A stretch of 64,000 nucleotides of DNA from Alphaproteobacteria bacterium. Lineage in GTDB: Bacteria; Pseudomonadota; Alphaproteobacteria; Rs-D84; CACZYB01. The notes beneath the pieces were generated by a model that did not search any database, was not told where the DNA came from, and saw only the letters and a program-made list of their open reading frames with translations. Both the position numbers and the translations under genes were made by a program. The stretch lies in the NCBI GenBank assembly GCA_009785175.1, contig WQWV01000002.1:22749-86748 (forward strand). Direction: 5' to 3'. Of this stretch, positions 36,057 through 45,801 are shown piece by piece; position 1 is the stretch's first letter; each line of letters opens with the position of its first letter.

Positions 36057-37478
36057 ATGAAGAAGTTTTTGGCTTTGGTGCTTTTTATCGCTGCTTGCGC
36101 GGACAAATCGGCGCAGAGGCCGCGACCGATCACGCCGCGGGCAAGCGGGCACGTCCGTGTGCACGAAGAGCAGCGCCGCGCCTATTTCGAAGGCGCTACC
36201 GCCGGTATCAGCCGCATAGATTCCCTTGAACTTGGCGCGCCGCCACCACGTTTCGAGGAGGCGCAAATAGGTAGGCAGATAATCCCATCTGAATCTTCGG
36301 AGGCGCGGACGGGACGGCGGCGAATCGCTGTGCTGCTCCCTAAAAACAACCCTGTGGCCGAAGATTTGAAGCGGGCGGCTCAGCTTGCTTTGTTTAATTT
36401 GCGTAATGATTCCGTCGAGCTTGTATTCTTCGATACCGACTCTACTCGCTCAAGCGGACGAGACGCGGCGCGTGAAGCCGTTGCGGGCGGTGCGGACGTG
36501 ATCGTAGGGCCGCTTTTCGGCGATGCGGTCGAGGGCGCTGCGGGCGCCGCCTCAAATATCCCTGTGATCTCTTTTACAACCAACCGCGACGCCGTGGGCA
36601 AGAACGCTTTCTCGATCGGCCTTATGCTTGAGGACCAGACGGCGAAAATCGCACGGTTCGCTGCGGGCGCCGATGCAGGACGACTTTTGATCCTTACACC
36701 CGATTCCACAAGCGGGCGGGCGGTGCGGCGAGCTTTCCGCGATTCCGCGGCCGGAATAGAAATCGCGGGAGATGCGGTATACGACAAGCGCAACCTACAA
36801 TCGGTTATCCGAAAGCTTACCAACTATGACGAGCGTTCGCGCGAGCATAGCGAATATTCAAAGTCCGTCGAGGAGCGCCTTGCCTATCTTATCGAACTGC
36901 GCGAGAAATTCCCCGAGGATTACGAGGCCGTGTTCGATCATACGCGATTCGCCAATTCCGATGCCGAAGTCGCTTTTCTTGAGGCGTTGCGCGCGGATCT
37001 GCGCCGGCGGCCAACCCTTACGCCCGCGCCGTTCGATTCCGTATTTATCTTCGGCGACGATGTGAACGACCTTGTGATGATAGGCTCGACGCTTTCGTAT
37101 TTCGACGTTAGGCCGGATTCGATCAAGATCTTCGGACTGTCGCAGATGAACAACGACGCCGTGCTGCGCGAGATTTCTTTGCGCGGGGCCTTCTTTCCCA
37201 TGGCCAATTCGGCACTGAACGCGAAGTTCGAGGCGGCGTTCGAGAGATACTTTAGGGCCAAACCCAACCGCTTGGCCGCGCAGGCGTATGACGCGGTCGC
37301 GCTTGCCGCCGCGTTGCCCCGTATCGATGTCGCGGCGCTTCGCGATCAGGAGGGGTTCGCCGGGCTTCTTGGCGCTTTTAGGTTCAAACCCGACGGCACG
37401 GCCGAGCGCGCGATGGATATAATGCAGATCATTTCCAATGGCCGGGCGCGGGTTGTGAAGCCGGCTGAGGGATTTTGA
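36057..37478 (+). CDS. lipoprotein with periplasmic-binding-protein type I fold, LpoA-like (PBP1A activator) candidate
   Basis: lipobox LFIAAC; C-terminal domain resembles LppC/LpoA; conserved divergent pairing with rsmI. Confidence 0.5.
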   Translation: MKKFLALVLFIAACADKSAQRPRPITPRASGHVRVHEEQRRAYFEGATAGISRIDSLELGAPPPRFEEAQIGRQIIPSESSEARTGRRRIAVLLPKNNPVAEDLKRAAQLALFNLRNDSVELVFFDTDSTRSSGRDAAREAVAGGADVIVGPLFGDAVEGAAGAASNIPVISFTTNRDAVGKNAFSIGLMLEDQTAKIARFAAGADAGRLLILTPDSTSGRAVRRAFRDSAAGIEIAGDAVYDKRNLQSVIRKLTNYDERSREHSEYSKSVEERLAYLIELREKFPEDYEAVFDHTRFANSDAEVAFLEALRADLRRRPTLTPAPFDSVFIFGDDVNDLVMIGSTLSYFDVRPDSIKIFGLSQMNNDAVLREISLRGAFFPMANSALNAKFEAAFERYFRAKPNRLAAQAYDAVALAAALPRIDVAALRDQEGFAGLLGAFRFKPDGTAERAMDIMQIISNGRARVVKPAEGF

Positions 37479-37502
37479 AAATTCTTAATCAAGCATAACC
37501 CC

Positions 37503-37790
37503 AAATCTATACCTATGGACAGCTCGAGGCAACGAGAGCGAGGTTCCATGGGAATAGATTTGTAGCTACGCGCAAAGCGCTCCCTCCCCCCCCATTTTTT
37601 TGATAACACAGGTTTAATCTGTCTCAAACAAAACATCGACGTAGCGATACTCGCATCACGTCCTAGCGCCACTACGCCGGCAGGGCGGAAGCGCCAATGG
37701 CGCGCAGCTCTTCGAGCTGGAGAACACAATGTATAAAAAGATTTGTGCGTAGGCGGAACGCCAAGAGCAGTTGGCCTTTGTGAGGCGGCG
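37503..37790. repeat. composite mosaic repeat, second copy (R2 core, C8/T7 tract, R3 fragment, identical 57-mer at 37700-37756, GCCAA hairpin)
   Basis: see 3404-3590. Confidence 0.85.
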
Positions 37791-37817
37791 CGAGTGCTTG
37801 CGCAGCTCGCGAGGAAC

Positions 37818-38222
37818 TTACTTATTACTTGTCCTTATACCATTTTCCCGGAGGAGTTTCACGGTGATGCCGTCGCCATCGGTCAAGGTGCCGCTAAATG
37901 TTCCATCATAGACTTGGCCGGTGCCGCACGAGGGACTTTTGGATTTGCCGATGAATTCGTCCGCGCCGATTTCACGCGCGAGCCTCAAGACCTCCTCTGC
38001 GCCGCGTTCGAACCCTTCGGTATAGTCGTTGCCGGCGGCGGATTTCGCCCTGCCATTTTTGAGCTCGCAACATTCGCGCGGAGTGGGCAGGCCGCCAAGC
38101 TGCTCGGGACAGACCGGAATCGCCTTGCCCGACGCAACCATTTCCAAGATTTCGGGATCGAGCTTGCCCGTGCCGTTAAACCGGCAGTTCAAGCCGCACA
38201 AACACGCGCTTACAAGTTTCAT
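37818..38222 (-). CDS. DUF523/TudS-like Cys-rich protein (putative Fe-S thiouracil desulfidase family)
   Basis: CLCGLNCRFNG…PVCPEQLGG…CGTG motif pattern of DUF523. Confidence 0.55.
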   Translation of the reverse strand: MKLVSACLCGLNCRFNGTGKLDPEILEMVASGKAIPVCPEQLGGLPTPRECCELKNGRAKSAAGNDYTEGFERGAEEVLRLAREIGADEFIGKSKSPSCGTGQVYDGTFSGTLTDGDGITVKLLRENGIRTSNK

Positions 38223-38638
38223 TATTTGCCCTTCTTAAAAAACGCCTTCGCTTTCTTCCATGCGATTTTGCGATATTTCAAAAACGCCCAGGAGTAAAGC
38301 GGTATAATTATGCTCATCGATATAAGGAAAGAAAGCATCCACGAATCAAGCGGCGCGCCGTAGGCCGTCAATATACCGCCCATTATCACGCCAAGCAGGC
38401 GCAGAATGCCATAACCAATCGCGATATAGGCGGCAGCTTCGATTGCGAAGATCGGAATATTTCTTTTGCCGGCGTCAAGAGCCAGTTTGAAGAGAACAAC
38501 TATCGGCGTTAAGTTTATAACCAAGCCCGCGGCGGCCATGAACGTGTCCGCCACCCCGACTATGATTATAGAATAGCACAACGCCGCCGCGATGACGGCT
38601 ATGCCTATCAAGCAGAGATAATATTTACGGGCTGTCAT
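38222..38638 (-). CDS. hypothetical integral membrane protein (4 TM), paralog A
   Basis: start MTARKYY; C-terminus …WAFLKYRKIAWKK resembles upstream paralog. Confidence 0.45.
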   Translation of the reverse strand: MTARKYYLCLIGIAVIAAALCYSIIIVGVADTFMAAAGLVINLTPIVVLFKLALDAGKRNIPIFAIEAAAYIAIGYGILRLLGVIMGGILTAYGAPLDSWMLSFLISMSIIIPLYSWAFLKYRKIAWKKAKAFFKKGK

Positions 38639-39168
38639 TTTTTCCTCCTTGCCAAAAGATTCCAGAAACCTGCCTTGTATTTCAAAAACGCGAAGGCGAG
38701 AACGGGCATCAAAACGCTTGCCGGCATGGCTATGATGAAGGCCATCATGTTGCCGACATACTCGCAACCGCTTGCCTCGGGACAGACATTATTCTGGATA
38801 TAGAGAATAAGCGTGAAGGCATACTCCATAATAAGAGCGTATGCGCCAAGGAAGATTATTATCTCGCCAAGCGCAGGAAGAAGCGCGCGACGAGTTTTTA
38901 TGCCGCGAAGCATTATCGCGATCACTATGACCGGAATTGCCGCAAGGCTTGCTATTTGAATCAGGCTTAGGACTATCACCGGCGTATGGAATGCGTCCGG
39001 CAGCGGGCATTCCCATATCGGCTCGCACCTAAACAACGGTATGTGCATAAGCAGTATCACGGCGCCTACTATCGCCATCGCGCCCGACCATAAAAGCCAG
39101 GGCGAGATTTTTTTCAGTTTGTTTTTTAGGTTTTTCAGTTTGTTTTTGATGGTGGCAAATTTTATCAT
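38635..39168 (-). CDS. hypothetical integral membrane protein (4-5 TM), paralog B
   Basis: AGGAG SD; C-terminus …AFAFLKYKAGFWN. Confidence 0.45.
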   Translation of the reverse strand: MIKFATIKNKLKNLKNKLKKISPWLLWSGAMAIVGAVILLMHIPLFRCEPIWECPLPDAFHTPVIVLSLIQIASLAAIPVIVIAIMLRGIKTRRALLPALGEIIIFLGAYALIMEYAFTLILYIQNNVCPEASGCEYVGNMMAFIIAMPASVLMPVLAFAFLKYKAGFWNLLARRKK

Positions 39169-39406
39169 TTCTTTCTCCTGGAATATTTTATCCTTTATAG
39201 AGTGCGAGGTCAAGTATATATCCTTCTTCTGCTCGCTTGCGAGCGCGCACATGCGAGCGTCGCCTCACAAAGGCTCCGGTGGAGCGTTTGGAGGCAAATT
39301 AAACTATATGTTTTCGCCCGCGCGCGCCGAAGGCGCTTATACACAAATCTGATATAGCGGAGGCCTGGCTCTCCTTCGTCGAGCTGTCCGCTATATCAGA
39401 TTTGGG

Positions 39407-39435
39407 GTTATACTTCACTGGATACCGGGTCAAGC
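39407..39435. repeat. R1 hairpin repeat copy (ACTGGATACCGGGTCAAGCCCGGTATGAC)
   Basis: canonical copy, perfect 8-bp stem. Confidence 0.85.
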
Positions 39436-39463
39436 CCGGTATGACGAGGGAGCGGGCGGCAGG

Positions 39464-40753
39464 TCAAGTCGCTTTCTTTTTCCTAAGCTCGGTCCAATGA
39501 TCAATGCGTTTTTTAAGTTCCGCCTCGTAGCCTTTGCCGTTCGGTTTATAATATTCGCGGCGGGCAAGGCCGTCCGGAAAATAATTCTGGCCCGAGAATC
39601 CGTCCTTGGTATCAGGATCGTATTCATATCCTTTGCCGTATCCCAAATCCTTCATCATCTTGGTCGGTGCGTTAAGGATATGAGCGGGAGGAGCAAGCGA
39701 GCCGGTGGATTTCGCGTCGGCAAGCGCCTTGCCAAACGCGGCATAGGAAGCATTCGATTTCGGCGCGGTGGCCATATAGATCACCAACTGCGCGACTACC
39801 AAATCCCCCTCGGGAGAGCCCATGCGTTCGTATGCCTGCCACGACGCAATCGCGCGCGTCAACGCCGCGGGTTCGGCAAGGCCTATGTCCTCGACACTCA
39901 TGCGCGTCAAGCGACGCAAGAGGTATTTCATATCCTCGCCGCCGGCTATCATACGCGAAACCCAATAGAGCGCCGCGTCGGGGTCGGAGCCGCGAACTGC
40001 CTTGTGGAGGGCTGAAATCAGATTATAGTGCGCGTCGCCCCCCTTGTCATAATTCGGAAAACGCGTTTGTGCAAGCTTGGCGAGGCCGGCCTTGTCCAGC
40101 GTCTTGCCCTTGGAAAAATCATAGACGTATTCGATAAGATTTAGGAGGTAGCGCCCGTCGCCGTCGGCCATGTTGACAAGCGCGTCGGTCGCGTCGGCGT
40201 CAAGCGGAAGCGGTTTTCCCATTTCGGTCGTCGCGCGGACTAGCAAGCGTTTCAACGCTTCGGGCGAGAGGCGTTTAAGCACCACCACCTGTGCGCGGGA
40301 AAGCAACGCGGAGTTAAGCTCGAAACTCGGGTTTTCCGTGGTCGCGCCGATAAGCGTTATCGTGCCGTCCTCGACATAGGGCAAAAAGCTGTCCTGCTGC
40401 GCTTTGTTAAACCTATGGATTTCATCGACGAAGAGAATCGTGCGGCGGCCGGCAAGGCGGCGATCCGCTGCTTCGGCGAATATTTTTTTCAATTCCGCGA
40501 CGCCGGTGAAGACTGCGGAGGCGGAAACAAATTCCGCGTCGGCGTATTTGGCGACAAGTTTCGCAATCGTAGTCTTGCCGCAACCGGGAGGGCCCCAAAG
40601 AACCATAGACTTGACGTTCCCGCTTTCAAGCATGTTCGTTATGACGCCGTTATCGCCAAGGATTTCCTCTTGCCCGACAACATCGGAGAGCGAGCCCGCG
40701 CGGAGGCGTTCGGCAAGCGGTGTTCCGATTTTCGTGGCAAAGAGTTCAGGCAT
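39464..40753 (-). CDS. rarA: replication-associated recombination protein A (AAA+ ATPase RarA/MgsA)
   Basis: Walker A GPPGCGKTT, Walker B, MgsA C-terminal domain. Confidence 0.9.
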   Translation of the reverse strand: MPELFATKIGTPLAERLRAGSLSDVVGQEEILGDNGVITNMLESGNVKSMVLWGPPGCGKTTIAKLVAKYADAEFVSASAVFTGVAELKKIFAEAADRRLAGRRTILFVDEIHRFNKAQQDSFLPYVEDGTITLIGATTENPSFELNSALLSRAQVVVLKRLSPEALKRLLVRATTEMGKPLPLDADATDALVNMADGDGRYLLNLIEYVYDFSKGKTLDKAGLAKLAQTRFPNYDKGGDAHYNLISALHKAVRGSDPDAALYWVSRMIAGGEDMKYLLRRLTRMSVEDIGLAEPAALTRAIASWQAYERMGSPEGDLVVAQLVIYMATAPKSNASYAAFGKALADAKSTGSLAPPAHILNAPTKMMKDLGYGKGYEYDPDTKDGFSGQNYFPDGLARREYYKPNGKGYEAELKKRIDHWTELRKKKAT

Positions 40754-40756
40754 CTG

Positions 40757-41929
40757 CTACTCCCCTTCCGTGTCCGAAAACGCCGTTGGAATAGCAAGCT
40801 CGTTATTAGTTTTCGCGCCAAGCTTTTTTATTTCCGTGGCAAGAAATTCAACTCCGCCACGACCCGAGAGCGGCACCACCGCTTTGTCAAACGCGGTGCG
40901 AGCGGTGGTAAGAGCGTTCCTTAGCGTGCCGAGGTGTTCTAGGTGCGTGTTGATTTTATCGTAAAGGTCGCCGGCGCGGGCGGCGATTTTGCCTGCGTTC
41001 TCGTTCCGCTTTTCGATATCCCAAAGGTTCTTTATCGTGCGGAGAATCGGAAGCAGCGATGACGGAGTGGCCACCATAACGTTGCGGCTGGCGGCATAGG
41101 CATAAATCTCGGGGTCGGCCTCGAGCGCGGCGAGGTAGGAGGCCTCGAACGGCATGAACATCACAACGAAGTCAAGCGCGTTCGCCTTCATATACTTATG
41201 ATATTCCTGGGTCGAAAGATCGTCTATGTGCCGCTTGACCGCGGCGGTGTGCGATTTGAGTTGTTTTTTCGCCTCGTCGGGGTCGGTGGCTTTGCGATAT
41301 TCCGCATAGTTCACCGTGTTGACCTTTGAATCAATAACCAATCCGGAGTCCTTTTTCAAATATATAAAGCAGTCGGGACGGCGGTTGTTGCCGGAATCGT
41401 CCTTGAAGTTCGCCTGTAGGAAATAATCCTGACCCTTCGCGTATCCCGAAAGGTCGAGTATTTCCTCGAGTATATCCTCGCCGCGGTCGCCGGCCGATTT
41501 AGGATTGCTGAGGATTTTCGAGAGGTCGGAAACGTTCCTGGCCATCTGCTCGGATAATATCTTGAAATACTCGCGGCCTTTGCCGGTTTCGAGTTTATCG
41601 GATTCCACCATTTTTTTGAAGGTTTCAAGTTGGTCGGAGAAGGGCTTCATCTGGGCGTCGATATTGGTTTTATGCTCGTTTACAAACGCACGGCGTTGAA
41701 GCTCGAGCGCGTCCTTGGAAAGTCCGGCGAACACTTCTTTGAAATTTTCCGCCGAAGTCAATTTCGTTTCGGCGGCGATAGCGCGGGCGTTCGAATCCTT
41801 CGCTTCGAGCTGCGCTGTGGCCAACATGGATTTAAGCGTGTCGGTATCCGTGTTAGCCGGCGTTTTCAAAATTACCTTGGCCGCAAGGAATCCAAGCCCT
41901 GCGCCAATGGCGAAAATCAATATTTCCAT
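40757..41929 (-). CDS. rmuC: DNA recombination protein RmuC
   Basis: N-terminal TM + long coiled coil + RmuC C-terminal domain (…FVVMFMPFEASY…). Confidence 0.8.
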   Translation of the reverse strand: MEILIFAIGAGLGFLAAKVILKTPANTDTDTLKSMLATAQLEAKDSNARAIAAETKLTSAENFKEVFAGLSKDALELQRRAFVNEHKTNIDAQMKPFSDQLETFKKMVESDKLETGKGREYFKILSEQMARNVSDLSKILSNPKSAGDRGEDILEEILDLSGYAKGQDYFLQANFKDDSGNNRRPDCFIYLKKDSGLVIDSKVNTVNYAEYRKATDPDEAKKQLKSHTAAVKRHIDDLSTQEYHKYMKANALDFVVMFMPFEASYLAALEADPEIYAYAASRNVMVATPSSLLPILRTIKNLWDIEKRNENAGKIAARAGDLYDKINTHLEHLGTLRNALTTARTAFDKAVVPLSGRGGVEFLATEIKKLGAKTNNELAIPTAFSDTEGE

Positions 41930-41976
41930 TTACAAATTCCCTTAACTCCGCTAATATTATAACAACGGAAACAAAA

Positions 41977-42510
41977 ATGGAACCAAAAAAATTACAGCTG
42001 GTAATCGAGCCGGACGAGAGGCTTCATAAAAAATCCCTCCCGTTCGATTTCGCGACTATGAACGCGCGCGCGCTTGCGATCGCCATGGCAAACGTCATGG
42101 CCCTGCACGAGGGCATAGGACTTGCCGCGCCGCAAGTCGGACTGCCGCTTCGCTTGGTTATAATAGACGAGGCGACGGTCGCAGAATACGACAAGGCGGA
42201 CACGCCCGACGAGCCGCTTTTCGTCATGATAAATCCGCGCGTGCTTTGCCTTAGCGACAAGGAGGTCGAGGCCGAGGAGGGATGCCTATCCCTTCCGAAA
42301 ATGTTCGCCGACGTCGTGCGACCCGAGAGCATTGAAATAGAATATCACGACATAAACGGGAACGTTTGCCGACGCAAGGCTTCGGGCACCATGGCGCGGT
42401 GCATCCAGCACGAACTCGACCACCTTGAGGGCAAGTTGTTCATCGACCACCTTAGCCCCTTAAAGCGCTCTATGATACGAAGTAAGTTGAGAAAGCCCAG
42501 GAAAGAATAA
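41977..42510 (+). CDS. def: peptide deformylase
   Basis: GIGLAAPQVG, EGCLS, HELDHL motifs. Confidence 0.9.
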   Translation: MEPKKLQLVIEPDERLHKKSLPFDFATMNARALAIAMANVMALHEGIGLAAPQVGLPLRLVIIDEATVAEYDKADTPDEPLFVMINPRVLCLSDKEVEAEEGCLSLPKMFADVVRPESIEIEYHDINGNVCRRKASGTMARCIQHELDHLEGKLFIDHLSPLKRSMIRSKLRKPRKE

Positions 42511-43712
42511 TGTTCAAATCCGCGGCGACAAAGTTGAGAAAATCGGCCGGGGGAAAGTGGCTGCCTATCGTGCTTTTCGCACTTGGGACACGGCTTGTGC
42601 TTGCCTCGGAATCGCCTACGTTCGTGGACGAGGACGCGCTTGCGGCGCAGCTTAAAGCCCCGATGAAAAACGTCGCCGTGGCGTCGGCGAAATCCATCGA
42701 AATCCGCATGAGTATGCAGCGCGATGATATGGTTGCGGCGGCGGATACTGTGAAAGCAGCGCTTGAGCGAATGAAGACCTCCGCCCCTTGGGCTATCGAA
42801 TTCATACGCGACAACAATATGCGCTTTATGGTTTCCCTCGGAGGGGACGGCGACGGCATACCCGGCGCAGGAAGCTTCTCGCCAAACCGGCCGGACGAGA
42901 TACAGATAACGCCCCTTATGACCTTCTTGTCCGACGAGAACGGGGAACTCGACTTCTCGAAAAAAAGATATACCAAGGTGGAGGAGATGGAAAACACCAT
43001 TATCCACGAGCTTATCTACGCATGGCAATATCGAAATTTGATGAATGCCGGAATAAATAATCTAGTAAACAAGATGGATCTTGAACAAAAGATCCTTTAC
43101 CTATTCTTCCTTGAATACGACGCCGTGGGAAAAACACAGATAGCCACCGGCGGCGAACACACTGTGCGCGAAGGCAATATCAGCCGAATGTGGGGTATAT
43201 ATTACATCGACCAACACATGAATCCCTCCGCTTATTCAAACGCGGACTTCGCCAAATTCGACAGCCTTTATACCGCGATACGCGCCGATGTCGAAATGAA
43301 CCTTGGCACCGGAATATCGGACGAGGAATTCAAAAAAGTGATAAGGGCGACTTTGGCTACTGGCTCGGCGGACATGGCGCACAGGGATTTTACGGATTCG
43401 GAAATAGACGAGATGAGGCGACGTTTCCTTGCGGGATTAAAGCCGGAGCAAAGGACGGCCTTGAGATACCTTGACATGAACGCGGTCATATTGGACAGGC
43501 AAGACGTGCTGCTTGATAAACGGAAGGATTTGTTGGGACAGGCCGAAAAATTATCAAAGAAAAGAAATATGACTAACAAAGGGAAGATTGCGAATCAACA
43601 GAAAATAAACAGCGCAATGGAAAAACACGACGAATATAAAAACACCTATAAACGGTTGGAATGCGTTTCCCAAGAGTTCGACGAGTATGCAAAAAGGAAA
43701 ACAAGACGATGA
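42510..43712 (+). CDS. hypothetical secreted protein (400 aa) inserted between def and fmt
   Basis: signal peptide; no recognisable domain; translationally coupled on both sides. Confidence 0.5.
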   Translation: MFKSAATKLRKSAGGKWLPIVLFALGTRLVLASESPTFVDEDALAAQLKAPMKNVAVASAKSIEIRMSMQRDDMVAAADTVKAALERMKTSAPWAIEFIRDNNMRFMVSLGGDGDGIPGAGSFSPNRPDEIQITPLMTFLSDENGELDFSKKRYTKVEEMENTIIHELIYAWQYRNLMNAGINNLVNKMDLEQKILYLFFLEYDAVGKTQIATGGEHTVREGNISRMWGIYYIDQHMNPSAYSNADFAKFDSLYTAIRADVEMNLGTGISDEEFKKVIRATLATGSADMAHRDFTDSEIDEMRRRFLAGLKPEQRTALRYLDMNAVILDRQDVLLDKRKDLLGQAEKLSKKRNMTNKGKIANQQKINSAMEKHDEYKNTYKRLECVSQEFDEYAKRKTRR

Positions 43713-44632
43713 CCAAACTTCGCGCGATATTCATGGGCACGCCCGAGTTCGTGATTGGCTCGTTGGAATTGGTCGCGGCGGAATGCGAGCTTGTCGGCGT
43801 GTTCACAAAGGCGCCTGCACCCGTCGGACGCAAGCAGATTTTGACCCCCTCGCCGGTGGCGGTGTGGGCGGAGGCGAATGCGGCCGGCGTGCCGGTCATC
43901 ACTCCTCGTTCGCTTAGAAAGCAGCCGGAATTCGTTGAGGAGGTTCGGTCGCTCAAACCCGACATAATCATCGTGTTTGCGTATGGTTTGATTTTGCCGC
44001 AAAGTGTCCTTGATATCGCGCCGTGCGTTTGCGTGCACCCGTCCGCCCTGCCCCTTTACCGAGGAATGAATCCTATCGGCCGCGCGATTTGGAACGGTGA
44101 TTCTTTCACCGAGGTCGACCTGATCGCGATGGATGCCGGAGTAGATACGGGTGCGGTTTTGCTGCGTCGGCGGATTGAATTGAATCCTTCGATTACGCGC
44201 GGCGCGCTTGAGGAAATTGTTGCGGCGGAATCGGTTTCTGCCTTGCGCAAATACTTGGCTGCGCCGGCCGATTTTCCGCCCGTGGCGCAAGAAGGCGAGG
44301 CGTCGATGGCGGCCGCGTTTAGCGCGGAGGAATTGGCGATCGATTTTTCGCTTCCGGCGCGTGCGGTGTTGGCGCGAATCAACGCCCTGCTCCCGACCCC
44401 CGCGGGATATTTCGTCGCGAACGGAGAGAAGATAAAAATACACTCCGCCGTCATTCCGGCGAACGCCGGAATCCAGTCTATATATAAAAACTGGATACCG
44501 GGTCAAGCCCGGTATGACAACGGACGATTGTTCATAATGTGTAGCGATGATGTAATAGAAATCCTTCGGGCCCAGCGTCCGGGCGGAAAGATTTTGGCGG
44601 CGCGAGATTTCCTAAACGGGTTCAAGATATGA
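43709..44632 (+). CDS. fmt: methionyl-tRNA formyltransferase; carries in-frame R1 repeat insertion (codons for …KNWIPGQARYDNG…)
   Basis: N-terminal formyltransferase domain (HPSALPLYRG), C-terminal Fmt domain; R1 at 44490-44518. Confidence 0.85.
   Translation: MTKLRAIFMGTPEFVIGSLELVAAECELVGVFTKAPAPVGRKQILTPSPVAVWAEANAAGVPVITPRSLRKQPEFVEEVRSLKPDIIIVFAYGLILPQSVLDIAPCVCVHPSALPLYRGMNPIGRAIWNGDSFTEVDLIAMDAGVDTGAVLLRRRIELNPSITRGALEEIVAAESVSALRKYLAAPADFPPVAQEGEASMAAAFSAEELAIDFSLPARAVLARINALLPTPAGYFVANGEKIKIHSAVIPANAGIQSIYKNWIPGQARYDNGRLFIMCSDDVIEILRAQRPGGKILAARDFLNGFKI
44490..44518. repeat. R1 hairpin repeat copy inside fmt coding sequence, in frame
   Basis: ACTGGATACCGGGTCAAGCCCGGTATGAC. Confidence 0.85.
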
Positions 44633-45801
44633 AACCAAGTGTGCGCCGCAACATAGCAATCTTCAAGGCGATGAATGCCTTCATGTTCTTCTGGCCGCTT
44701 TCGGCTGTGGCTATAATTTATTTCGAGTCTATCACAGGAAGCTGGGCAACCGCCGCACTTATCTTCTCGCTTTCCAACATAACGCAGGCCGCATTCGCGA
44801 TTCCGGCCGGGATAATATCCGATGTATGGTCCAGAAAAAAAGTGGTCCTTACCGCAAACACTTTCAAAATCATGACGGGCCTTACCTTCTCGTTCGCGGG
44901 ATACATAGAAAACGCCACGCTATTGTTCATCGGCGCGGTGCTTTGGGGCATAAACACGTCCTTGAACCAAAGCACGGAAGAGGCGTTCATACATGAAACG
45001 ATGGCCGACCTTAAGAAGAAAAACAAATACGACATAGTCTATTCCTCAATCAAAATATGGCGCTATGTGGGCTCGACCGTTTCGACATTGACCGCGGCGG
45101 CGGTAATATATTTCTGGAGCCTCAACACGCTTGCCTGGATTTCAGTAATCCCAGGCGTGTTCCAATTCGCGGTCAGCTGCTTCCTTGTGGAACCGAAAAG
45201 CTATCGGCCGCGCAAGAACGCGTCGCTTGGACACTTCATGGCGGCGGTCGGGAATTTCATGAAGAACAGGCGGGCGCGCAAAATCGCGCTTGCAGGCACT
45301 ATGGACACAAGCTGGGGCGAAACGCAATACCGCCTCAACAGCGTATACTACGCCCTTTTCGTGCCGTTGTGGGCGGTGGATTTCATAGTGTTTATCGCCA
45401 GGGCTTTCGCGGGGATAAGTTTTTACATAGCGATACACCTTAGGAAAATCGGATTGTTCCAGATGGCGCTTGTGTCGAATTTGTGGAAGTTCATTATGGT
45501 GGGCCTGGGACTTTTGCTTAACAACATAGCATCGCCGTTCATAATGGCGGCTTCGAGCCTTGGCACAGGACCGCAAACCTCCGCGGTATCGGCGCTTATG
45601 CAGAAGGAATTCTCGGATTCGGAGCGGGCGGCAATGCGAGCGGTCGTGAACATGTTCGGAAGCTTGATGCTGGCGACATCGTTCTGGATTTTCGGATTGG
45701 TCGCGGATTTGTATTCGGCGCATATCGCGCTTCTAGGACTGTTGGCATATAAGGGTTTAATCACCGTCTATTACTGGCGGTTGATGAGGAGTTATAAGTA
45801 A
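44629..45801 (+). CDS. MFS-type membrane transporter (12 TM)
   Basis: 390 aa polytopic; MFS-like motif region …GIISDVWSRKKV…. Confidence 0.55.
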   Translation: MKPSVRRNIAIFKAMNAFMFFWPLSAVAIIYFESITGSWATAALIFSLSNITQAAFAIPAGIISDVWSRKKVVLTANTFKIMTGLTFSFAGYIENATLLFIGAVLWGINTSLNQSTEEAFIHETMADLKKKNKYDIVYSSIKIWRYVGSTVSTLTAAAVIYFWSLNTLAWISVIPGVFQFAVSCFLVEPKSYRPRKNASLGHFMAAVGNFMKNRRARKIALAGTMDTSWGETQYRLNSVYYALFVPLWAVDFIVFIARAFAGISFYIAIHLRKIGLFQMALVSNLWKFIMVGLGLLLNNIASPFIMAASSLGTGPQTSAVSALMQKEFSDSERAAMRAVVNMFGSLMLATSFWIFGLVADLYSAHIALLGLLAYKGLITVYYWRLMRSYK

